A stretch of 64,000 nt of DNA. It comes from Gammaproteobacteria bacterium (GTDB lineage Bacteria; Pseudomonadota; Gammaproteobacteria; CAJXQU01). Shown here piece by piece: positions 38,276 to 48,418 of the stretch (the stretch's first letter is position 1; every line of letters begins with the position of its first letter). Below the pieces are notes generated by a model. That model was not told the DNA's origin. It saw nothing but the letters and a program-made list of their open reading frames with translations, and did no database searches. The DNA lies in assembly GCA_965224825.1 (NCBI GenBank), contig CBDDAG010000003.1, positions 201,414-265,413 of the forward strand. The letters are read 5' to 3'. The position numbers and the translations under genes are program-made.

Positions 38276-40384
38276 ATGTTACGAAACACTCTCGCTGGTC
38301 TGGATAAAAAACAATTAAGACGATGGTTGTCTTTGTTTTTTCTTGCGCTGGCGATCCCTACTGCTATCTTAATTCAGCAATCCTATAGCCGATTAAAGTG
38401 GGAAACATTCCACCAGCATCAACAAATGGCCGATGAATTAGCAAACCGGATCAACAGTCAGTTTTTACGATTAATTAATCAGGAAGAACAACGACCTTTT
38501 ACGGATTATGCTTTTTTAAACGTGGCGGGAGATCCAACAGCAAATTTTCTGCATCGATCACCACTATCCCAATTCCCGATCAAGTCAGAGATACCGGGTG
38601 TGATCGGTTATTTTCAGGTGGATGCCGCAGGAAAGTTATTGACGCCGATAGTGCCTGATTTAAATGCGTCTTCCAACTACGGAATCTCTGATAAAGAACT
38701 GGCATCACGGATCACTTTACAAGATCAGATTCAAAATATTTTAAGTAAAAATCATCTGGTACAAAATGATGATTCCAAAAGCTTTAAATTAAATAAAGAA
38801 GAAGGACGTAGAAGCATTGAACGATCTGACTCAATCTCAAGTAGTGTCGAAAGTTACAATGAATCAATCACTGATCAAGATGAAATGATGGCTCTTGAAG
38901 AAAAGGATGAGGGGGAATCTCAGGGACAGGTTGCTTTCGACAGGCTTAAGAAAATTTCTCCCACAAGAGAGCAACAACAAAGTAAATTCGGTCGTCTGGA
39001 AGATATTGAATTATCTCAACGTTATAATAATGAACCGGCTAAACAGAAGGTACTGGCAGATAAAGAATTAGTCGTTGGTAAAGTAGAAAAACGGGCACGT
39101 ACTGAACAAAATGTATTACCCGAAGCGATCGAATCGCCAAAATATAAACAGGGCCGAAACTTCGAAAAAGCACAAAGTCCTGCCGAACCTGTAACACAAT
39201 CAGACTCGCCATCATTACGTATTCGCACCTTTGAAAGTGAGATAGATCCTTTCGAATTCAGCTTGCTGGATAGTGGTCATTTTGTTCTATTTAGAAAAGT
39301 CTGGCTCAATGATCAACGTTATATTCAGGGCGTGTTGATTGATCAGGATTTATTTTTGACGAATATCATCAGCTCGGCATTTCGTGAAACATCGTTAGCG
39401 CAAATGAGTAATTTGCTGGTGGTTTTTCAAGGGAATGTGTTGTCAGCATTTTCAAGTCAAACAACACAAGGATATTTATCCAGTAGCCGTGAACTCAATG
39501 GTGAACTGCTATATCAAACACGCTTATCTGATCCATTAAGTGATATGCAACTACTTTTCAGTGTCACCAAGCTTCCTGCCGGGCCGGGGGGCAAAGTGGT
39601 TCTATGGCTGGCGCTTATACTGGCATCTGTTTTATGTGCGGGTTTTTACCTGATGTATCGATTAGGTCTTGGGCAAATCAACCTGGCTAATCAACAACAG
39701 GACTTTGTTTCTGCTGTCAGCCATGAGTTAAAAACACCACTGACCTCTATCCGCATGTATGGCGAAATGTTGCGTGAAGGCTGGGCCAGTGAAGAAAAGA
39801 AAAAGACTTATTATGATTTTATATTTGATGAAAGTGAGCGTTTGTCACGCTTGATCAATAACGTTTTGCATCTGGCAAGAATGACGCGTAATGAACAACA
39901 AGCTGATCTAAAAACCCTGACCGTTGCTGAATTAATGGATAGCGTTCAATCGAAAGTATCGACCCAGATAGAGCGATCAGGATTTAAGCTGGACATGCAA
40001 TGCAATGAAGATGCTACGCAATCTATGATCAAAGTTGATGCAGACTGGTTCACTCAAATCATGATCAACCTGGTCGATAATGCGATCAAGTTTTCTGACA
40101 AAGCCGAGAAAAAAGTAATCCAGCTTGGCTGTCAGAAATTAAGCGACAACACTATTCAATTTAGCGTGCGTGACTTTGGCCCTGGTGTAGCACCGGAACA
40201 AATGAAAAAGATTTTTAAACTTTTTTATCGTACCGAAAGTGAGCTAACCCGAGAAACCGTGGGAACTGGAATTGGTCTGGCATTGGTTCATCAGATGATC
40301 ATGAATATGAATGGTCAGATCGATGTGATCAACAACGATCCAGGTGCTGAACTCAGGGTTAAATTCCCAATTAAACAACACTAA
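38276..40384 (+). CDS. sensor histidine kinase with large (~400 aa) periplasmic sensing region
   Basis: Two TM segments; HisKA H-box VSAVSHELKTPLTSI; HATPase_c N-, G1- and G2-boxes. Confidence 0.85.
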   Translation: MLRNTLAGLDKKQLRRWLSLFFLALAIPTAILIQQSYSRLKWETFHQHQQMADELANRINSQFLRLINQEEQRPFTDYAFLNVAGDPTANFLHRSPLSQFPIKSEIPGVIGYFQVDAAGKLLTPIVPDLNASSNYGISDKELASRITLQDQIQNILSKNHLVQNDDSKSFKLNKEEGRRSIERSDSISSSVESYNESITDQDEMMALEEKDEGESQGQVAFDRLKKISPTREQQQSKFGRLEDIELSQRYNNEPAKQKVLADKELVVGKVEKRARTEQNVLPEAIESPKYKQGRNFEKAQSPAEPVTQSDSPSLRIRTFESEIDPFEFSLLDSGHFVLFRKVWLNDQRYIQGVLIDQDLFLTNIISSAFRETSLAQMSNLLVVFQGNVLSAFSSQTTQGYLSSSRELNGELLYQTRLSDPLSDMQLLFSVTKLPAGPGGKVVLWLALILASVLCAGFYLMYRLGLGQINLANQQQDFVSAVSHELKTPLTSIRMYGEMLREGWASEEKKKTYYDFIFDESERLSRLINNVLHLARMTRNEQQADLKTLTVAELMDSVQSKVSTQIERSGFKLDMQCNEDATQSMIKVDADWFTQIMINLVDNAIKFSDKAEKKVIQLGCQKLSDNTIQFSVRDFGPGVAPEQMKKIFKLFYRTESELTRETVGTGIGLALVHQMIMNMNGQIDVINNDPGAELRVKFPIKQH

Positions 40385-40394
40385 CTTTTGATCA

Positions 40395-40946
40395 TTAATG
40401 TAGATCAACTTGTTTTCGAGATTTTGAATCTAGGAATAATTGTACGCATTCTTCTTGAGAAAACTGTGCGACACCTTTAAATCGGGTTACGGCAATTTCG
40501 CCATCCATCTTCTCTTTAAGTTGATCACGTTCGTGCTCACTCCAGGCATAGTGATCATGTCCTGTCTGTTTACTGGCAATACGAAACACAGGTGGAATGA
40601 TCACAGAGACTAATCCTGAATCTACCAGAGGTCTGAGATACTGATCAAAGAGAGTTAATACCAGTGCTCGCGTGTGAGCACCGTCGATATCTGGATCCAT
40701 TAAGATCAGAATACGAGAATAGTTTAAGGTTTCAGGATTGCAACTTACACCAACACCACAGGCCAGTGCCTGGAATATCTTCGAGCATTCTATATTGGCA
40801 TGTACTTTTTCAGGTGAGGCTTTTGCAACATTAATGAGCTTGCCTTGTATGGCGAGAATGCTCTGATCGGATTTGTTGATTGCCTGACCCAGTGTGCTGG
40901 CAGCGGATTTCCCCTCAACAATAAATAGCTCTTTAATAGCGGCCAT
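40395..40946 (-). CDS. standalone topoisomerase-IIA Toprim + GyrB-tail-like protein (no ATPase domain)
   Basis: Aligns along its whole length to the GyrB Toprim: EGKSAA versus EGDSAG; KLINVAKA versus KILNVEKA; LMDPDIDGAH versus MTDADVDGSH; PPVFRI versus PPLYKV. TGAATG coupling to the upstream tautomerase gene. Confidence 0.6.
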   Translation of the reverse strand: MAAIKELFIVEGKSAASTLGQAINKSDQSILAIQGKLINVAKASPEKVHANIECSKIFQALACGVGVSCNPETLNYSRILILMDPDIDGAHTRALVLTLFDQYLRPLVDSGLVSVIIPPVFRIASKQTGHDHYAWSEHERDQLKEKMDGEIAVTRFKGVAQFSQEECVQLFLDSKSRKQVDLH

Positions 40947-41312
40947 TCAAACTATGAATGACGCAACACCATCACTGAATGACCAGTCGATGTCGTGATT
41001 CTCAACAATCGTGATCAAAACATTAGCCGGATCAATTCCTGGATCTTTTGCAAGATTTTCTACTACCCTTGCATAAAATGCTTGTTTGGATTTATTCGAC
41101 CGACCAGCACGCATCGTAAGATGCATCACGACACGATCACCTTCTCTTTCCTGTAATTGCAAACACTCATCATCTAATTCATGAATGATCTGGTAACGAT
41201 CATCATCAGGAAAAGCCATCGTTTCGATGACAGCAGAATTAATTCCGTCAGCAACTGCTTTTTTATATTCTGGTGACTTGCCTTTGAGTATTGAAATATT
41301 TACCAGTGGCAT
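40947..41312 (-). CDS. tautomerase-family protein (4-OT-like, Pro1 start MPLVNISIL)
   Basis: 121 aa; N-terminal Pro and fold pattern of the tautomerase superfamily. Confidence 0.5.
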   Translation of the reverse strand: MPLVNISILKGKSPEYKKAVADGINSAVIETMAFPDDDRYQIIHELDDECLQLQEREGDRVVMHLTMRAGRSNKSKQAFYARVVENLAKDPGIDPANVLITIVENHDIDWSFSDGVASFIV

Positions 41313-41363
41313 AATTGTTATCCTCTTTTAAAGTTTTGTCCGGCTCCCTCTCAGGGAAGTTTA

Positions 41364-41825
41364 TTAACTTTGTACATTCCAGACATGTGAATGTGTTTTC
41401 CAGTTACCTTGCTGATCGACTTTATAAACACTCGTTAAAATACCACGAAATTGTGTTTGCTCATCTTTGCTCGAAACTTGCCATTCAGCTACTTGATAAA
41501 GGTTACTTCCATCACGATGATAACTGATGGTTTTAATATGATGATCATGCATTCCATTAGCAATAAATGATTTGAAAAGTGCTTCAATTTCTTTTCGACC
41601 CGTGATCACCGTCCCATTACCTGGCGAAAGAATAGCATCCTCTGCATATAGCTGAGCCAGTTCAGCCTCATCTCCACTGTTGAATGCATCGTTCCAGGCT
41701 TCATTAATGCTCGACACGGTATCTTTCAGCTGTTCCGTTTCCGCATTCACCAGGCTCATATGACTTGTAATACTCATCATCACAAGTGACATCATAATAA
41801 AATTTTTCATCTTCATTTTCTCCAT
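41364..41825 (-). CDS. secreted NTF2-like (SnoaL/DUF4440-type) protein
   Basis: Signal peptide; WNDAFNSGD...LYAEDAIL pattern of NTF2-like ketosteroid-isomerase-fold proteins. Confidence 0.45.
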   Translation of the reverse strand: MEKMKMKNFIMMSLVMMSITSHMSLVNAETEQLKDTVSSINEAWNDAFNSGDEAELAQLYAEDAILSPGNGTVITGRKEIEALFKSFIANGMHDHHIKTISYHRDGSNLYQVAEWQVSSKDEQTQFRGILTSVYKVDQQGNWKTHSHVWNVQS

Positions 41826-41892
41826 TTCAAAATAAGGTGTGAATTATGAAAACCTATTTGATACAAGTCTAATATAGATTTAGACTAGTCTG

Positions 41893-42798
41893 ATGCCGCA
41901 TCGATATCACTTTAAATACGAACTTCGCCATCTTCGATCATTCATGACGATTGCGAACCATTTAAGTTTCAGGAAAGCAGCTGAAATCTTACATATCGCA
42001 CAACCCGCGTTATCACGTCAGATTCATCAGCTTGAAGAAGCGTTGGACTGTCAATTATTTGATCGTCGAAAACAACGCATCCAGCTAACAGAAGCGGGGC
42101 TTTATTTGTATGAAAAATTACCTTCACTGCTGGAACAATTACAAAATGTGACCGATCAAAGTCAGAAAGTCGCAACAGGATTGATTGGTTCATTACGATT
42201 TGGATATTCCGGTGCAGCGATGTCGAGTTTTTTACCATCTATCATTCGTGAGATCCGAAGTACGCTTGATGAATGTGAGTTTCATTTTGTTGAAAAAACA
42301 TCTGATCAACTCATCCTTGATGTCTTGAACGAAAAAATTGATGCTGCCTTCATCCTCTATCATCCGGATGATCCTTTACTGGATGTGATTCCAATAAGAC
42401 CCGAAAAGGTGGGGATTATTCTGCCGGAGGATCACGCTCTGGTTTCAAAAAAGAATATTTCTCTCAAAGATCTTAAAAATGAAACCTTGATTTTATTTCC
42501 ACGCAAGATGAATCCTGTCATGTACGATGAGATTATTACCCATTGCCATCAAGCAGGATTTAGCCCAAAGGTGATAAGAGAAGCCGCACCTCGATCAAAT
42601 GCAATTGGTCTGGTTGCTGCTGGTGAAGGTGTTGCTACGATTGCAGAGTCTTATGCTCACACTTGTGTAAGTGGAACGATTTTTAGAGCCTTAAAACAAC
42701 CTTGCCCGATGATTCGTTTTTGCTGCATTACGAGAACTGATCGTGAAGGAGAGTGGTTATCACTTCTGAAAAATATTATTCAACGTGACTTAAGTTGA
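41893..42798 (+). CDS. LysR-family transcriptional regulator
   Basis: N-terminal HTH (LRSFMTIANHLSFRKAAEILHIAQPALSRQIHQLEEAL) plus LysR substrate-binding domain; divergent from the NTF2-like gene. Confidence 0.8.
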   Translation: MPHRYHFKYELRHLRSFMTIANHLSFRKAAEILHIAQPALSRQIHQLEEALDCQLFDRRKQRIQLTEAGLYLYEKLPSLLEQLQNVTDQSQKVATGLIGSLRFGYSGAAMSSFLPSIIREIRSTLDECEFHFVEKTSDQLILDVLNEKIDAAFILYHPDDPLLDVIPIRPEKVGIILPEDHALVSKKNISLKDLKNETLILFPRKMNPVMYDEIITHCHQAGFSPKVIREAAPRSNAIGLVAAGEGVATIAESYAHTCVSGTIFRALKQPCPMIRFCCITRTDREGEWLSLLKNIIQRDLS

Positions 42799-42808
42799 AT
42801 CAATAAAG

Positions 42809-43357
42809 TTACCTTACCAGAGCTGCTTCCACACTATCTCGTTTTTCTTTTCCAACCAGTTCTTCGATCAAGGTCAGGGCAAAATCCATTGCAGTTCCTG
42901 GTCCACGCGAAGTAATAATTTGTCCATCTATCGTTATGGCATCACCGGTATCATTCGTATTTGGCAAATTAAACTCATCAAGTACGCCGGGATAACTTGT
43001 TACAGATTTATTTTCCAATAATCCAGCTCTAGCGAGAACTTTGGGTGCGGCACAAATTGCAGCAACATATTTCCCATTGTTGATCATATTTTTTATTAAT
43101 AATTGAATACGTGAATCTTGATCAAGATAGTCTGATCCGGGCAATCCGCCGGGAAGAACAACCATGTCATATTCCTGTTTAAGAGCTTCATCAAGCGTTG
43201 TGTCAGGAAGTAGAACTACTCCCTTGCTGGCTTTGACAGAACCTTCTTCAAGTCCTGCTGTTACAACAGAGATTTCTGCTCGACGAAGCAGATCAATAAT
43301 CGTAACAGCTTCTAATTCTTCACAGCCGTTAGCGAGGGGGACGAGGACATTTGCCAT
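42809..43357 (-). CDS. DJ-1/PfpI family protein (YajL-like)
   Basis: Nucleophile elbow AICAAP; overall parallel to E. coli YajL. Confidence 0.8.
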   Translation of the reverse strand: MANVLVPLANGCEELEAVTIIDLLRRAEISVVTAGLEEGSVKASKGVVLLPDTTLDEALKQEYDMVVLPGGLPGSDYLDQDSRIQLLIKNMINNGKYVAAICAAPKVLARAGLLENKSVTSYPGVLDEFNLPNTNDTGDAITIDGQIITSRGPGTAMDFALTLIEELVGKEKRDSVEAALVR

Positions 43358-44124
43358 TGAAAAGAACCCTCGTTTCGATATTCCATAAACTCAGTAATGG
43401 TGATGAGTTTAACACCGTAGTCTTCTATATTTGAAAGTAAATAATCCAGTGTTTCGATCGTTTCTGGATGAGGGTGCGCAATCGCTAATGCTGATCCTCT
43501 TTTTTTTGCGATACTCACTAACTTTCTGAACTGGTTGATGATACTTTCTGAATCCTGCTCATGATCCAGAAACACATCCCGTCTTGTATTCGCGATCCCA
43601 TAAAGCTCTGCAGTATCACCCGGTAAAGTTGTATCGACTGTTTTGCTATTAATAAAGAAGGGAGCATCTGGTCTTTGCAATGCATTCATTAGCCGGTGCA
43701 TGGAAAGCTCATGGTTGGTTAACAAACTTCCCATGTGGTTGTTGATTCCTACTGCACCCGGTACTGAATTAAAATTAGCTTCGAGCGTTTCAATAAACTC
43801 TTCCTGGCTCATGTCACTGGTTAACGCACCGGGACCAAGAAGATGGTTGTTTGTTGTAGCTTCCATAGGAATGTGCAACATAACTTCCTTACCTTTTTCT
43901 TTAGCTCTTTTGGCCATGAAGGTCGCATTTGGTGTTTGTGGAAGAACTGAAAAAGTGAGCGCGCCCGGAAGATCCAGCGCATGAATATCATCCTGTTTAC
44001 GCCAACCAATGTCGTCGATAATGATCGCGATCACAGGTTCGCCCGCTAAGACCGGAGTAGATAGAAAAAAGCCTGATCCAGAGATCAGGCTTGCTGATAA
44101 AATTCCAAATATAAATAGCTTCAT
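43312..44124 (-). CDS. divergent polysaccharide deacetylase family protein (YibQ-like)
   Basis: Signal peptide; AIIIDDIGW motif; conserved neighbourhood with ctpA-envC-gpmI. Confidence 0.7.
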   Translation of the reverse strand: MKLFIFGILSASLISGSGFFLSTPVLAGEPVIAIIIDDIGWRKQDDIHALDLPGALTFSVLPQTPNATFMAKRAKEKGKEVMLHIPMEATTNNHLLGPGALTSDMSQEEFIETLEANFNSVPGAVGINNHMGSLLTNHELSMHRLMNALQRPDAPFFINSKTVDTTLPGDTAELYGIANTRRDVFLDHEQDSESIINQFRKLVSIAKKRGSALAIAHPHPETIETLDYLLSNIEDYGVKLITITEFMEYRNEGSFQWQMSSSPSLTAVKN

Positions 44125-45401
44125 TTTTTCAATAATGCCAGACCTTTTAGCATGTTCAAAGCTTCATATAATTCGTAGTCTTCCTTCGCCAGCGATTCTT
44201 TTTTAGCTGTTCCCTGATCCTGTTCTTCATCTCCCTGAGTAAGATGCCCTGAAAGATCGCGTTCCTTGATCTGCAAGTTTGGCCCGGAAACTTCTTCAAC
44301 ACGAAGTCGTTCGATCACAACATCCGGCTGTATACCTGCCGCCTGAATCGAGCGTCCAGAGGGTGTGTAATATCTTGCTGTGGTAAGTTTTACGGCGGTA
44401 TCATTCTTCATTGGCAAGACGGTTTGTACTGAACCTTTTCCGAATGTCGGCGTACCCATGATCACAGCGCGGCGATGATCTTGCAATGCGCCAGCTACGA
44501 TTTCTGAAGCTGAGGCTGATCCGCCATTGACCAGAACAACCAATGGAGTTTCACCCAGCGCGGCAGATGGTTTTGCATTAAAACGTAGCTCTGAATTTTC
44601 CAACCGTCCTTGTGTATAAACGATCAACCCACTTGTCAGAAAACTATCTGAAACAGCGACAGCGGCGCCCAACAATCCACCTGGATTATTACGCAGATCC
44701 AGAACCATTCCTTTTAATTTATTTCCATTTTCCTTTTTCAGCCTATTCAGCGCCTTGATCAGATCTTCACCCGTATGAGACTGAAAACTTGAGATCCGAA
44801 CATAACCATAACCTGATTCAAGCGTTCTGCTTCTGACACTTTTAACCGTAATAATATCGCGCGTTACAACCACATCGAAAGGTGCTTCTGCGCCTTCACG
44901 AATAATCGTCAAATTAATATCTGTACCCACTTTGCCGCGCATCAATTTGATCGCGTCATTAAGATCCATTCCCTTAACCGGCGTGTTGTCCATCTTGATG
45001 ATCAGATCACCGGCCTGAATTCCGGCACGTTGAGCTGGCGTATCATCAATCGGCGAAATGACTTTTACGAAACCATTCTCCATGCCGACTTCAATTCCGA
45101 GCCCACCGAATTCACCAGTCGTTCCTTCCTGCAGGCCTTGATAAGCTGTGTTATCGAGATAGTTGGAATGTGGATCAAGTCCGGCCAGCATGCCTCGGAT
45201 CGCATTTTCCAGTAGCGTTTTATCATCTACTTCTTCCACATAATCATCTTTGATCTTCTGGAAGACTTCGGTAAACGTTCTGATCTCATCTAATGGGAGG
45301 TTAGAAACCGTTGGCGAAACCTGAGGTTGTTCTTCTGCCTGCACAGGTAAGAACCCGATCAGAAAAAAAAGAGGTATGAAATAAAGATTCTTGTTCATCA
45401 A
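44121..45401 (-). CDS. C-terminal processing peptidase (S41 family, CtpA/Prc-like) with PDZ domain
   Basis: PDZ region (GIEVGMENGFVKVISPIDDTPAQRAGIQAGDLI) plus S41 catalytic region (GGSASASE...K). Confidence 0.85.
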   Translation of the reverse strand: MMNKNLYFIPLFFLIGFLPVQAEEQPQVSPTVSNLPLDEIRTFTEVFQKIKDDYVEEVDDKTLLENAIRGMLAGLDPHSNYLDNTAYQGLQEGTTGEFGGLGIEVGMENGFVKVISPIDDTPAQRAGIQAGDLIIKMDNTPVKGMDLNDAIKLMRGKVGTDINLTIIREGAEAPFDVVVTRDIITVKSVRSRTLESGYGYVRISSFQSHTGEDLIKALNRLKKENGNKLKGMVLDLRNNPGGLLGAAVAVSDSFLTSGLIVYTQGRLENSELRFNAKPSAALGETPLVVLVNGGSASASEIVAGALQDHRRAVIMGTPTFGKGSVQTVLPMKNDTAVKLTTARYYTPSGRSIQAAGIQPDVVIERLRVEEVSGPNLQIKERDLSGHLTQGDEEQDQGTAKKESLAKEDYELYEALNMLKGLALLKK

Positions 45402-45452
45402 TTTTGCTCCACATCAACGTTCTGGTCGATGCTATTTATTAATGGCTTCAGC

Positions 45453-46637
45453 TTATTTAAATTGCCCTTTACACCATGTTGCCGGATTTACCGGCGTTCC
45501 TTTTCGGCGAACTTCGAAATACAGACCACTGTTCTTTCGACCACCACTATCTCCGACACTTGCAATAAGTTCGCCAGTTTTCACCTTATCGCCCACTGAT
45601 CGAAACAAATCCTGATTATGTCCGTACAAACTCATATAACCATCACCGTGATCAATAATGATCAGACGACCAAGATTCCGAAACCAGTCAGAAAAGATCA
45701 CACGACCACCACTAACCGCTTTTACGTCAGATCCAACCTTCGCATTGATCAGCACACCTTGCCAATTTAGAGAGCTATTGTTCCGAGAGGTTCCGTAGCG
45801 GTGGATAATACCACCTGCAGCGGGCCAACGCAGTTTGCCTTTCAGGTTTGCGAATGCTGGAGCATTACGTTTTGCTTTTTCAAGCTGGGCCAATCGTGCG
45901 AGCCTGGCAGCTGTTTTATTCAGAGAGTTGATCAGAGTATTCAGTGTTTCAGCATCTCTTTGCATGCGATTCAATTGTGCAGCTTTACTGGAAACCTTCT
46001 GATCAAGCTGGGCAATGATCAGCTGGCGATCCTGTTTTTTTTGTTCCAGTTTTTGCAAATTATCTTTCTGAGAAAATTGTAATAAACGAAGTTGCTCTGA
46101 TTCATGAACAACTACTTTTTGCGTTTGCTGAAGGTCACTGATCTGTTGACCAACCTGTGCGATTTTTTGTAATCGCGCTGCCGAGAAATAACGATGATAA
46201 ACCATGTTCCGACTAAACGAAGCCGTGTCTTCCTGGTTTAAAACCATTTTCAAAGTACTCTGATTCTGGTTCATGTAAGCAACACGAATTTGTTCCATCA
46301 TAAAATCTTTGTGCTGATTGAATGCTTCGACTTTTTCTTCCTGTTGTTTTTTCAGCGACTCCAATGCTTCATTTTGCTTGCGGATTTTTTCATCCAATTC
46401 TTTGGATTCTTTAATCGCTTTTTCAACTTCCACTTCATTCTGTTCAAGTTGTTTTCTTAGTCCATCAGATTCGCCACGACTTTGACCGATTTCTTTTTTT
46501 ATCTTCTGAATCTGATCACGCAAAGCTTCGAGTTCGGCAGTGCTTTTTCTGGCATCGGCGGCAGGTTCAGCAAAGACGGGTGATGTGAAAATCGTCAAGA
46601 GTGAAAATAAAAAAATACTTGTTCTAATTAAAGTCAT
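45453..46637 (-). CDS. envC: murein hydrolase activator EnvC (coiled-coil + LytM/M23 domain)
   Basis: Long coiled-coil followed by a C-terminal M23-like domain (HGDGYMSLYGHN); precedes gpmI as in enterics. Confidence 0.8.
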   Translation of the reverse strand: MTLIRTSIFLFSLLTIFTSPVFAEPAADARKSTAELEALRDQIQKIKKEIGQSRGESDGLRKQLEQNEVEVEKAIKESKELDEKIRKQNEALESLKKQQEEKVEAFNQHKDFMMEQIRVAYMNQNQSTLKMVLNQEDTASFSRNMVYHRYFSAARLQKIAQVGQQISDLQQTQKVVVHESEQLRLLQFSQKDNLQKLEQKKQDRQLIIAQLDQKVSSKAAQLNRMQRDAETLNTLINSLNKTAARLARLAQLEKAKRNAPAFANLKGKLRWPAAGGIIHRYGTSRNNSSLNWQGVLINAKVGSDVKAVSGGRVIFSDWFRNLGRLIIIDHGDGYMSLYGHNQDLFRSVGDKVKTGELIASVGDSGGRKNSGLYFEVRRKGTPVNPATWCKGQFK

Positions 46638-46688
46638 CTAACAGGCTCGATTAAATAGTTGAATGAATTATAGCGGACTTGTCAGATT

Positions 46689-48311
46689 CTATCGGAAAAT
46701 CTTCGACAAACGTCCCCTTTTGACGCCAGACTCTTTGCCCGTGTATCCAGCTTCTGATTCCAGCTTAACTAATGACTTTCCGGTCATTTCTGGCGGAATT
46801 TCAGCTCCCATCAGATGTAACATTGTTGGTGATAAATCTGTCAGGCTTCCTGAATTCGCCATCGTCGCAGGACGACCAATATAGACCAACGGTACTACAT
46901 TCGTTGTATGCGAAGTATAGGGAACGCCGCGATCCATTTTAGTAGCAACACTACGCATTTGTTCCGCATTGCCATGATCAGCCGTGATCAGAATCTCTCC
47001 ACCGATCGACTGCGCGGCAGCGACAACCCGATCAATACAGGAGTCCACCGTTTCAACAGCCTTGACTGCCGCTTCAAAATTCCCGGTATGGCCAACCATG
47101 TCCGGGTTGGCAAAATTACAAATAATCACGTCATATTTCAGACCATAAATCGCTTCCACCATTCGATCGGTCACAGCCTGCGCGCTCATTTCCGGTTGTT
47201 CGTCATAAGTCCTGACATGAGGCGATGGTACGAGAATTCGATCTTCACCTTCGAACACGCGTTCTTCGCCGCCATTAAAAAAGAAGGTCACATGAGCATA
47301 TTTTTCTGTTTCTGCAATCCGCAACTGGCGCAAACCCAGATCAGAAATATATTTCCCGAAAACATTTTTTAATTCATGCGGTGGAAATGCAGCAGGAATA
47401 TCGAAATCCGCGCTGTATTGAGTCAGTGAAGCAAATGATGATAATTCAGGCTTACGATCACGCTCAAAAAACTTGAATTTTTTATCGATAAATGCGCGAG
47501 TAAGCTGGCGAGCACGATCAGCCCGGTAGTTCATAAACAGAACAACATCACCATCTCTTACTTGTATAGGATTTGTACCGTGAGGAACGATCATAGTCGC
47601 TTGAACAAACTCATCCGATTCACCGCGAACATATGCTTTATCAAGGGCAATATAAGGATCGCTACTTGAAAATTCAGCCCGACCATTCACGATCAAGTCA
47701 TAGCTGGCTTGTGTCCGATCCCAATTACTATTGCGATCCATGGCATAAAAACGGCCGACCACAGAGGCAAAGCGTCCAACGCCCAATTCTGCGAACTTTG
47801 CCTGCATCAATCGAATAGATTCATTCGCGCTTTTCGGTGGCGTATCACGACCGTCAAGAAATGCATGTAAGTAAATCTTTTCCAGCCCACGAGAAGCGGC
47901 CAGTTCGATCATTGCCAGAATATGATCTTCGTGACTATGAACGCCGCCAGGAGAAAGTAGCCCAAGAAGATGTAAGGCTTTGCCATCTTTTTTAAGCTGA
48001 TCAAAGGTCTTGATCAGCATTTCATTCTCGAAAAAACTCCTGTCTTCGATCGCTTCTTTGATCCGTGTGAAATCCTGTTCTATCACCCGACCGGCACCCA
48101 TGTGCATGTGACCAACTTCAGAATTCCCCATCTGTCCATCGGGCAAACCAACATCAGTCCCGGAGCAGCGCAACAACATGTGCGGATAAATAGACCAGAA
48201 ATCTTCCCAAGCAGGCTTGTTCGCACTATGAACGGCGTTGTAAGTGATTGATTCACTATATCCCCAGCCGTCCATGATGACGAGAATAATAGGTCTGTGC
48301 TTTATCTGCAT
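46689..48311 (-). CDS. gpmI: 2,3-bisphosphoglycerate-independent phosphoglycerate mutase
   Basis: Closely parallels E. coli GpmI along its whole length (ILVIMDGWGY, MGNSEVGH, ADHGNAEQM). Confidence 0.9.
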   Translation of the reverse strand: MQIKHRPIILVIMDGWGYSESITYNAVHSANKPAWEDFWSIYPHMLLRCSGTDVGLPDGQMGNSEVGHMHMGAGRVIEQDFTRIKEAIEDRSFFENEMLIKTFDQLKKDGKALHLLGLLSPGGVHSHEDHILAMIELAASRGLEKIYLHAFLDGRDTPPKSANESIRLMQAKFAELGVGRFASVVGRFYAMDRNSNWDRTQASYDLIVNGRAEFSSSDPYIALDKAYVRGESDEFVQATMIVPHGTNPIQVRDGDVVLFMNYRADRARQLTRAFIDKKFKFFERDRKPELSSFASLTQYSADFDIPAAFPPHELKNVFGKYISDLGLRQLRIAETEKYAHVTFFFNGGEERVFEGEDRILVPSPHVRTYDEQPEMSAQAVTDRMVEAIYGLKYDVIICNFANPDMVGHTGNFEAAVKAVETVDSCIDRVVAAAQSIGGEILITADHGNAEQMRSVATKMDRGVPYTSHTTNVVPLVYIGRPATMANSGSLTDLSPTMLHLMGAEIPPEMTGKSLVKLESEAGYTGKESGVKRGRLSKIFR

Positions 48312-48418
48312 TCAGTTAAATTCTTATATTCTTAGGCACTGCGTCTAGTGTATCATGTAGCCTAGCTGTGTCGGATGGACACTCATTCCAACCTTTGTAT
48401 AAATAATCAGGATCATTA

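Noticed and set aside
40395-40946. Calling the Toprim-like ORF a gyrB/parE pseudogene
   Set aside because: It has a clean ATG translationally coupled to the upstream gene, an intact frame through the whole Toprim and tail, and no visible upstream ATPase-domain remnants. A functional truncated paralogue is more likely. It is kept as a finding rather than a pseudogene.
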